DNA of 63,669 nt, filler included, from Octopus bimaculoides (taxonomy: Eukaryota), in assembly GCF_001194135.2 (NCBI RefSeq). It is 4 parts of 4 records of this genome, joined end to end, with 100 filler letters (N's around TTAATTAATTAA, not from the genome) between each part and the next. Parts side by side here need not be neighbours in the genome. Positions count along the whole stretch, not along the records: positions 48,594 to 62,083 come from NC_068990.1; positions 62,184 to 63,669 come from NC_068993.1; 2 more parts are not named here. One strand, written 5' to 3'. This document shows, in pieces, positions 54,150-63,669 of this stretch (its first letter is position 1; every line of letters begins with the position of its first letter). Below the pieces are notes generated by a model that was given only the letters and a program-made list of their open reading frames with translations, did not search any database and was not told where the DNA came from. Made by a program: the position numbers and the translations under genes.

Positions 54150-54480
54150 GCACAATAAAACTGTTTGTTTAACTTTGAAAATCAACGTCATCAAAATGGC
54201 CTCCATTGTTTCACGTATTCATTATACGTATAACCAAGTCTGGAAGTTATGCATTGCACGTCGCGCTATGTCTTGGTGGTATTGCCGTCATTTCTAAATG
54301 CATCTTAGCTCTCAGTTCATCTGATGTGCGTAGTTTATTGCTGGATCATCTCCCTTTGAGATAAACTCAAAAGAAATAATCACAAACCGAAAAGTCAGGA
54401 GATTAAACAAGACATGGCGGTATGTGAGCATACTGGGAAATGGCATAGTCAGTAAACATTTTTATCATAATGTCCATAGA
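54150..54480 (-). mobile_element. Tc1/mariner (DD37D/DD41D-like) transposase C-terminal remnant
   Basis: Minus strand 'SPDFSVCDYFF..YLKG..KLRTSDELRAKM..AMHNFQTWL..GGHF' resembles the 'SPDLTPCDFFLWGYLK' family; frameshifted. Confidence 0.6.
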
Positions 54481-55150
54481 AGCTCTTTCTGTAAGGGTGG
54501 CCATATCATCTATTGATTTCTGGGAAAGTGAAAGTTGTATAACGTGAACACATAGCGACCATGTCCGTTCTATTCAAAGAAATATGGGTGTCTCCTGTGA
54601 AGTCTTAAAACCTGGCACAGTAGGCAGTTATCCGGGACTTCGCAGGCCTAAGGGCTCAGTTCTTATTTATATATGCTGAAGCTTGCTATTACTAAATATT
54701 TATAGGGCCAAGTTGACTTGTTTGCTCGGGGCCTATAATATTGCTAAGATAACCCTGGGTCATCCAGATCAAATGGTAAAGCAGACGTTTATATAGTAGT
54801 CGTGTATCGCTGTCCAGCCTATAATATAAGTTGTGTTTATGCCATCAGACAGCTGGACATGTGCTTTGTTATACATTACAACACTTATGAAATCTGCCAC
54901 TATCGCGAGCATATTATCTGTAAATATATACTGAATTTCCCACTCGCGTCGATTTATTTCTAACACCGTAACCGCTATATAAAGCAACGGCCGATATAAA
55001 CGTTGGTTGGTTGGTTGGTTGGTGGGTTTCTCTAATCACGCTTTTACTCCTTATAGAGAGTGGGGAGAGAGTTATGATAAGATGTGCAGGAAGAGTGTTT
55101 TTTAACCTTTCTGAAATATATATTTTTTGCTGGAGTAAATTGCAATTATT

Positions 55151-55369
55151 TTTACCTTTTCCCTTTTAGTTGTGTCAGTCATTAAAACAAGACCATGCTG
55201 GGGCACCGCCTTGAAGAATTTTAGTCGAACGAATCGACTCCAGTACTTAACATTTTTTATGCGTGGTACTTATTCTATCGATTTCTTTTTCCGAACAGTT
55301 AAGTTACAAGGACGTAACCATACCAACACTGGCTGTAAAGCGATGATGGGGGACAAACACAAGCTCAAA

Positions 55370-55411
<42 letters not shown>

Positions 55412-55556
55412 TATATATCCGACGGGTTTCTCTCCGTTTACCAGATACTCTCACAAGACTTTGATTGGCCTTAGACTATAACACACACATGCCCAAGGTG
55501 ACACGCAGTGGGACTGAACCCCGAACCATGTGATTGGGAAGTAAACCACTAAGCAC
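55151..55556 (-). mobile_element. SINE family B, head + internal microsatellite + tail
   Basis: Contains both the 8371-type 5' half and the CCAGCATGG tail, separated by (CA)n. Confidence 0.8.
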
Positions 55557-56741
55557 GCGTTGGTAAAATTTACAACAACATAAAATATATTTATTTTAAA
55601 TAAACAAATTTGCTTTATTTAATTTTAATTAGTATTCATTTCATCTTGTATAAACAGCAAGAAATTTAATAAAAGTTAAATTATAATTATTGTATGTATG
55701 CTATATTTTCTGATATTACCCAGGATCTCAAAAGGTATATTTTCAAGGTTACCCGTGATATGACAGCCATCACTCAAGTATATTATAGTGACATGAAATG
55801 TATAATGCAGCGCCATGTTTTGGTGCAGAACAATCGCTGTTCCCTACAGCCCTACATATTCTCCGCCCTTGTTGATTCACTTTCACTCTACCATTTTCAA
55901 TCAAGTGACTTGATTAATAATGATTTTAAATTTTGGTACAAGGCCAATAATTTCAGGGTAGGGGATAAGTTTATTACATCGATTCTAGCACTCAACTGGT
56001 ACTAATTTTATCGACCCTGAAAGGATGAAAGGCAAATTCTAACACGGCGGAATTTGAGCCCAGAACGTAAAAACGGACGAAACGCCGCTAAGCTTTTTTT
56101 CCGACGCGCTAACGATTCTATCTGTTCATTGCCTTACAACTCTAATTAATAATGATTTGGAATTGATGGTTAAAGACTTCAACTGGTGATATCGAAAGCT
56201 GCATATTTTGAAATTTAAAATATCTTTACCTTCAATATTAAACTTAAAAGAGGCGCTGCGTGGTATATATAAAATTTTATTATCTGTATGTGGCTAATGT
56301 TTGTAGTCATGACTGGTTTCACTACTATTCGGACATTTATCGAAGTCTATCTAACGCGTTACAATGATTGCACTCTTATGCATCTGGCTTCTAGCTTGAT
56401 TTGACATAAATAAGCATTCTCGTTGTAGACAGAAAATGAAAGAATTGCTGAGATAAAGCTCTAAAAGGGGGATAAAGCAGTTTAGGACAATTCCAGTCAA
56501 ATTATTAAGGACTATTCCAATATTTTTCTGCCTAAGGAGATATATAAGTATCTGTTTTAATTTGTTTAGATTACGCCGCTAAGGTGATGATTTTAAAAAT
56601 TGTATGCTTACATTAAATACCGCGTGTGTGTGTGTGTATGTGTGTGTGGGGGGCGTGTGTGCGCGCGTGTATTATGTGTTGAGTGTATACGTATCTATAT
56701 ATACAAATAGACACACACACATATATATACATATATGCCAT

Positions 56742-56937
56742 GATTAATCGCTGACCAAACACCATTCAATTTTTTTTCTCCGTGTTTTTCTCCTTGTTTT
56801 CTCCGTATTCTTTCTGTTGAAGAGCGAAGCTTGAAACGTTAAAGACTTTCTGTATTCCCGAGCGTTAAACTAATACATCCTTTTGTTGTTTACACCACTT
56901 GTCCTCGTCTGTTGTTGTTTTTTTCGTACATTCTCCC
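56742..56937 (+). mobile_element. Family H2, copy 2
   Basis: Homologous to 15381-15571. Confidence 0.8.
56809..56845 (+). ncRNA. Minimal hammerhead-like motif with A6U core variant
   Basis: TCTTT-CTGTTGAA-GAGC(GAA)GCTT-GAAAC-GTT-AAAGA: perfect 5-bp stem I TCTTT/AAAGA, palindromic AACGTT. Confidence 0.55.
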
Positions 56938-57242
56938 ATATATATATATATATATATATGCAGATATATAGTTTTTTTATGAGATAAAAAAAATCATATG
57001 GTATATACCTGATAGCTTACCGGTAATGCACGTTCACTTTTACAGTGTGTGTTGTGTAGTTGGTTAATGAGAGAGACAGAAGATGGAAGATACGAAAATG
57101 TTCATTAATCACTACAATTGTTTCGCCCCAGCTCGTAACTTCCATCTTCCGTCTCTCACATCAGTGTGTGCGCGCGCTTGTGTATGTTGCATATACGTAT
57201 GTATATGTAGATATACGTATATATATATATATGTGTGTGTGT

Positions 57243-57276
<34 letters not shown>

Positions 57277-58164
57277 CTATGTAGCTAGATAGATATACGC
57301 GCACAAACACACTCACACACATATACATATGTGTGTGAGTATTGTTGTTGTTGTTGTTGTTCAATGTGCGTGTTAGTATTCCATGTTAATATGTATGTGA
57401 GAAAAGCACATTTGTGTTTGTAAGTAAAGATGTGCGGTAGATATCACATGGGAAAAGCAGGGATTAAAAATAGAGCCTAAACAAACACTTTCTAAAAATA
57501 CTAAATCCAGCTCAGCCATCCTCGGCACAAATAAGACATACAGGCATAATTCAGATACAGAGTCTCTACACATACACAGAATCACATGCAACTCCATAGA
57601 TAACGCGCGTGCGCACACGCACACATGTATATGTATGTATTTAAACGCCTTTATTCACAGGCAAAAACGCTGTATTTCTTTACAAATGAACAAAGTGGAA
57701 ACAGAAACCTTCATAAAGAGAAATAAACAAAATTAACAAGTACACAATATATACACACGCACATATACGCACACATACACATATACACGTGTGTTTATAT
57801 ATATATANNNNNNNNNNNNNNNNNNNNNNNNNNNNNNNNNNNNNNNNNNNNNNNNNNNNNNNNNNNNNNNNNNNNNNNNNNNNNNNNNNNNNNNNNNNNN
57901 NNNNNNNNNNNNNNNNNNNNNNNNNNNNNNNNNNNNNNNNNNNNNNNNNNNNNNNNNNNNNNNNNNNNNNNNNNNNNNNNNNNNNNNNNNNNNNNNNNNN
58001 NNNNNNNNNNNNNNNNNNNNNNNNNNNNNNNNNNNNNNNNNNNNNNNNNNNNNNNNNNNNNNNNNNNNNNNNNNNNNNNNNNNNNNNNNNNNNNNNNNNN
58101 NNNNNNNNNNNNNNNNNNNNNNNNNNNNNNNNNNNNNNNNNNNNNNNNNNNNNNNNNNNNNNNN

Positions 58165-58217
<53 letters not shown>

Positions 58218-58859
58218 GCTCGTGGCCTAGTGGTTAGGGGGGTTTCGCTCAACATCGCAAGATTGTGGTTTCAATTCCCAGACGGGCGGTGCGTTGTGAT
58301 ATTGAGCAAAACATTTAATTTCTTGCTATTCCAGTCCGTTCAGCTGTAAATGTGTGGTCCTGCAACAAACTACGACGTTCTGTTCAGGGAGAATAAATGT
58401 TAGCGCGGCCGAAGAAGTACACCATGACCAGCGGTGTATTACAACACACGATAGGCTTGTCGATACAATGATATATGCATATATATATATACACTCATAT
58501 ATATATATTAACATTTTATTTATTTAAAGGTCACGATACATGTATTAAAGCGCAACTAATAGCTTCATATGCAGCTAATATGTTTCATAACGAACTAAAG
58601 AAATTGAATTATAGAAGAAACGCGAAAAAACTGAGAAGACAGCATGTAGAAAACGCAGACAGTAAACAACGGAAAACGGAAAACGAAAAACAGTAACTAA
58701 AATGTCAAAACTAAAAAGTAGAAAGTAAAAAAGGTAAAAGAGCTGTCCTTCTTAGACCTTAAATGATAAGGTTGGAAAGATATCAAGTCAGTCAGGAATA
58801 GGCGGAATTTTCCGATTTTTCAAAATATCTTTATACATATGCATGTATAATAGGCTTAG

Positions 58860-60810
58860 GGATCATAGATCTGAACAGGATCTGCGCTCGTTCAGCCAAA
58901 CAAAGTCTACATTTATTTATTCGATCCATTGAAATAAGGTGTGGAGTTCTCAATTATTTTCCATTTAATCACATGCTGTGTTTCGTTATCTTTCAAAGTC
59001 CATAGTAGGTAGCCAACTTAGTAGCTTTACTTTTCTCCCTATGTCGGAAGGAGGCTACATGATTGACATAGCGATTTTTAAATTCCCCTTCACATAATCC
59101 AATATAGGTCTTCTTATCAGTTGTATTATTATTTAGGGTTGCAGTAACTTCTGCCTCATATATGATAGATTAGTCGTACATCGTTGGTCAAGCGGACAGG
59201 ATCCTGGTCGCGACAGTTGCAGCTGGGTTCAGATTCTTGGTGTTGACCACGTGTAATGATACTTTTCATATTGGGGCAGCAGCTATATGATAATTTCACA
59301 GAACGCCTATTGAATATTTTCCTGTATCTGTGAGTAACTGGAAAGTGTTTGTCTGGGAGTGACAGGAATCTTTTACCAATGTTAGATTTTATATTAAGGG
59401 AAAAGGGAGGGGCGAACTAAATAATTTTCCTTGGCCCATTTTTAGGTTTCTTATTATCCTGATTAATACTAGAGTGGTTTAGTACTACTTTATCTTTGAT
59501 GCCACTAGATCTATTATTAATATTTTGATTATTATTATTAGAGGGACTATATATTAATTTATCTTTCAAGTCACTATTGGCTAGGGCTTTGTTATAATAC
59601 AAGGCAACTTTCTCGAAAATTTCTTTGGAAGAAGAGAGGTTAGACACCCTGTTACTAATAATAGCTATCGGGCTTTTTAAATACTACAGGAGGGTGACAC
59701 AACTGTTTATGCATATAGCAAGTTTCTCATTAGGCTTTTGGAAAGGTTTATACGAGAAGTTTAAATTTAGGGATACATCTAAATAATCAACAATACAGAG
59801 ATTAGTAGCCACTGTAATTTTAAGTCCTAGTTGATTAAAGATAGAAAGTAGTTGCTTCCTAACTCTATCAAGGGTGTGACCGTCACACCCATGAGAAATA
59901 CCCAAACCGTCGTCACATTATAGGCTAGTGTCATGAGCCGGGTATCTATATCTCAATGTGTTTAATATAAATAAACCCACAAAATCACAGACATCAGCAC
60001 TATCATATGACCCCGTAGATAGATCAATTAGTTCCTCACTATGCGACTATTTTACACATGCTAATCCTTTACTGAACAATAGTGTTTTCCTCGCATGCCA
60101 GATAAAATCTAGGTCTATGGGGTCAATATTAGCATATAATTTAGCAAATCCAATAGCTTTATCAAGCAGCGATCTAGATATGGAGGGATAAATGTCTATC
60201 ATATCAAACTGGGTAAATTTAGCCCTATTCTTATTCCTGATATTCTTACCCCAATCTATTACAGTAAAACTGTTATTCCACTGTTGAAGCCCAGTCATTT
60301 CCCTAATTTCATTATTAATATTTCTTGGTACTTTTTTAGCTCCTAGCCCAATTTCAGATCTCACTGGGTTTAACAATCTACAAGTAGGATTATCATGAAA
60401 ATTGGGTTTATGGTCTTTTAAAGTAAAAAACGCATCTCTATGAGTTAGACATTCTAATCTATCATCAATATTACTACATTTAGCAAGGAATTTAGCTTCA
60501 TCATTGATATCATAGTATCTCTCTACGTTAGATTTCTTATATTTAGAGGAAATGGTGTCTTTTAGTAACTTATCGTATAAATCATTAGTAACTTCATATA
60601 GGTAACTTCATTATCCGAAAATGCGAAAATTCAAAAACTTTTAATACCAGATTTCATTTTAGTTTGAAAGGAGATATGGGTTTTTCGAAATCTAATATTA
60701 GTAACTAAATTAAGGAGGTCAGATTCAAAGGGGGTTAAATCATTAACAATAGGAGGGTATTTCTGTGACTTTAAATCTTAACGTTCTCTATATGAGGGAG
60801 ATAATCTGAA
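58860..60810 (-). mobile_element. Decayed Penelope-like element (RT + C-terminal GIY-YIG endonuclease)
   Basis: Peptides 'FTLKDHKPNFHDNPTCRLLNPVRSEIG', 'KFTQFDMIDIYPSISRSLLDKAIGFAK', 'LGLKITVATNLCIVDYLDVSLNL', 'CNCRDQD-CPLDQRC', 'KKTYIGLCEGEFKNRYVNH' and 'CRLCLAE'; frameshifted. Confidence 0.92.
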
Positions 60811-60921
60811 ATTTTCAATCACAAATCAGAACATATATATATATATATATNNNNNNNNNNNNNNNNNNNNNNNNNNNNNNNNNNNNNNNNNNNNNNNNNN
60901 NNNNNNNNNNNNNNNNNNNNN

Positions 60922-61050
60922 ATATACAGGGTGTCCACAAAATCTCTTTAGAATTTCAAAAATTTATTACAAAGGCAATTGATGGGATATGTATATCAGA
61001 TTTGTTCTATAGTATTCAGGATTATCAAAGTTTTTAACCACATTGCATTT
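60922..61050 (+). mobile_element. Probable Tc1/mariner terminal fragment
   Basis: TA|CAGGGTGTCCACAAAAT start; no partner TIR seen. Confidence 0.35.
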
Positions 61051-61446
61051 GTGCATATGTTTTTATATGTGCGGGTGTAGGTGTGTGATGGGAGGGTACG
61101 TATATATATATATATATATATACTTACATATATATATATATATATGTGTGTGTATGCGGGAGTGCGAATGTATATATATATATATATACGTATATTTATA
61201 GGCATAAATATCTAGATATATATGTATTATGTTACGTGTATGCGTGTAAGCACCTGTGTATATGAGGAAGAGGTTGCGTACATATGTATATATACATGTG
61301 TATGTGTGTGTATGGATATGTGTCTATGTATGAGTATGTACATACATGTGTGTGTGTGTGTGCATGTAAGTATACATGTTTGTGTCAGTGTGTACGTATG
61401 TAGGCGTTGCAAACGCAAGAGGTTTATGGCTATGTGAGAATATGGT

Positions 61447-61479
<33 letters not shown>

Positions 61480-61565
61480 GTGGCGTAGTGGTTAAAAGCG
61501 CGGGCTACTAACCCCAAGATTCCGAGTTTGATTCCAGGTAGTGACCTGAATAATAATAATAATAG

Positions 61566-61602
<37 letters not shown>

Positions 61603-61746
61603 GACATCGAAAAATACCTTAGGAATGGGAACCCAGGGTCGAAATCTCCCCAAGACACCTGATGAAGGTTGGAGCGTATATCAGCAGAAACATTGAGTTA
61701 ACAACAAACAAGATAAGGACAAATATCCATCAAATGTAAATAATGT
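61480..61746 (+). mobile_element. Family H1 copy B: tRNA-like head + (AAT)/(ATT) tract + degenerate hammerhead tail
   Basis: A box TGGCGTAGTGG, anticodon-like arm GGG-CTACTAA-CCC, B-box-like GAGTTTGATTC; the tail contains GACAC-CTGATGAA-GGTTG..CAGCA-GAAACATT-GAGTT (61654-61699, decayed). Confidence 0.78.
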
Positions 61747-61849
61747 GTCTTCTACTATAGCCTCGGGCCGACCAAAGTCTTGCAAGTGAATTTGGTAGAC
61801 GGAAACTGAAAGAAGCCCGTCGGTTTTATACATACATACATATGTATTT

Positions 61850-61902
<53 letters not shown>

Positions 61903-62083
61903 CATGAATTTCTGTGTCTGCGTCTGTCCCCTCAACATCGCTTGACAACCGATGATGATGTGTTTATGTCCCGGTAACTTAACGGTTCGGCAAAATTGAC
62001 CGATAGAATAAGTACTAAACTTACAAAGAATAAGTCCTGGGTCGATTTGTTCGACTAAAGCGGTGTTCCAGCATGGCCGCAGT
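61747..62083 (+). mobile_element. SINE family B, 5'-truncated, with internal (CATA)/(GATA) tract
   Basis: CTACTATAGCCTCGGGCCGACCAAAG...microsatellite...CCAGCATGGCCGCAGT; abuts H1 copy B. Confidence 0.82.
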
Positions 62084-62876
62084 NNNNNNNNNNNNNNNNN
62101 NNNNNNNNNNNNNNNNNNNNNNNNNNNTTAATTAATTAANNNNNNNNNNNNNNNNNNNNNNNNNNNNNNNNNNNNNNNNNNNNTATATATATATATATAT
62201 ATACATACATACATACATACATACATACACGGATACACAGAAAACCACAGGAACACATATAACTCAAATGAACTCAGATGATAATAATAAAATATCTTAA
62301 CGTGAAAGCAATAAGAAAACTATCAGCTTTCCAATGTTATCTCAATGGAAAAAGAAAAAAAAATACATATATATAAACACCAACATCCAACTGTTACAAT
62401 AGCATCAATAAGAACAAAACCAATCCGTCTGACTTCTAATATTAGTTCTTTTGGAACGGGTACAAATGGTCTATATTTTTAGGATATGGCAAGTGGACAG
62501 TAGTAATGCCTGTGTTGTTTTAATTGCGTTAACAGCTGTCGTAACTGAAATGAAACAAGCTACAAACGAACGCTGAAATCTGAAGCAGTTAGTCTGTAGT
62601 AGACTTTTTGACTAGTTGTTATATATAGGATTATGATACGTACGCATAACATGTACAAACGTATACATACAAACGTACACACACGCGTGCACGCACAAAC
62701 ACACATACAGCAATTGATATGCGTATATGTGGTGTGTGTGGTGTGTGTGAGTGTGTGAGTCCGCTGCCCTAACCACCGGGCTATTGCGCCTCCACAGTGG
62801 AGGCGCAATGGCCCAGTGGTTAGGGCAGCGGACTCGCGGTNNNNNNNNNNTGTGTGTGTACGTATGTATGTATATA

Positions 62877-63096
62877 CGAAGGGTGATGAAAAGTTCCTAA
62901 CTTTAAGAGTATCGCGAAAGGCCTGATTATAGGCCCAACCTTCTCATTTCTTTTACAGCGCTTAGATAATCAAAAGGACCGCTACAATAAGTGTGTGAAT
63001 CGGAGAAGAGGGATTATGTTGAATAAAATCATTATTAATTGATTCTTCTGTATTTTACTTTTACTCAAAGCCAGGAACTTTTCAGCACCCACCACG
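62877..63096 (+). mobile_element. Mariner-derived MITE (220 bp) with TIRs and TA TSD
   Basis: Left CGAAGGGTGATGAAAAGTTCCTAACTTT versus right reverse complement CGTGGTGGGTGCTGAAAAGTTCCTGGCTTT; internal remnant AAGTGTGTG...GATTATGTTGAATAA ('KCV..GDYVE*'). Confidence 0.82.
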
Positions 63097-63220
63097 TATA
63101 TATATATATCTACATGTGTGTGTGTGTGTACACACACATATACTGATGCACACATATAACAACTATTTTCTTTTTGCTGCGTTAATTATAGAAGTTTGCT
63201 TTCGTCTTTGCATCAGTTAC

Positions 63221-63343
63221 CTGTTCGTTCTGGTGGACATAAACAAGTATAATAAGCAACGCCATCTATGCAAGTAGCAGAACTGTGACATCTATTGTTC
63301 ATGCAATCATCTTGATTCACGTGACAATTCTCTCCTGTCCAAC
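63221..63343 (-). CDS. Notch: Internal coding exon encoding one calcium-binding-type EGF repeat, most similar to Notch EGF8/9
   Basis: Translation (G)[40 protein letters not shown](G) has six EGF-spaced Cys. A long polypyrimidine tract + CTAG acceptor ends at 63344 and a GTAAC donor starts at 63220; length 123 nt, phase 1-1. From memory it resembles Notch '[42 protein letters not shown]'. The exon is confident; Notch versus another multi-EGF protein rests on one repeat only. Confidence 0.62.
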
Positions 63344-63669
63344 CTAGATAGAAAGAGAAAGAGGAAAAAAAGAAAGAAAAGAAAGCGGAGAAACAAAAAG
63401 AGAAAAAAAAAATAGAAACGAAAAATATCTGCAAGAAAAAGTTAAGAGTTCGAATATATGATACAGTTAACAATGTAAAATAATTTAAAATTCGTATCAC
63501 GAAAGAACTAATGATTCTTCAGTTTCTTTGTGCTTTTTTTGTTATTGTCTTATATTGGTGTTATTTTCATAAAATTTTACGTCTAAGCATTTTATGATGC
63601 AGGGCATTCGAAACCATAAAAAAATGCTCACCCATAAAGAATGATCTATACACATGCATATATTTATAT

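Noticed and set aside
61480-61548. tRNA gene calls for SINE heads (also 12738, 48181, 58215)
   Set aside because: No intact acceptor stem or cloverleaf; each continues into repeat body sequence.
62380-62545. Strong acceptor-like CTTGTTTCATTTCAG on the minus strand as a possible next exon
   Set aside because: All three frames stop within about 25 codons, there is no EGF pattern, and there is no convincing donor.

Overview
AT-rich animal genomic DNA with very dense microsatellites and about 7 kb of N gaps; the SINE families and composition look octopus/cephalopod-like (my recognition, not a database result). Only one host coding exon is supportable: a 123-nt phase 1-1 EGF-repeat exon on the minus strand (63221-63343) resembling Notch EGF8/9. 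The rest is probably one large intron or intergenic DNA filled with decayed mobile elements: an R4/Dong-like LINE, an RTE LINE, a CR1-like 3' end, a Penelope-like element (RT + GIY-YIG), three Helitron remnants, a hAT, several Tc1/mariner derivatives and at least four tRNA-derived SINE families. The most interesting signal lies outside the ORF track: seven hammerhead-ribozyme-like motifs from three short repeat families. One family appears to be a tRNA-headed SINE carrying a hammerhead, one carries an A6U core variant, and one forms a 172-bp inverted repeat whose core-intact copy is sense to the putative host pre-mRNA. Most long ORFs in the supplied track are microsatellite or gap artefacts.
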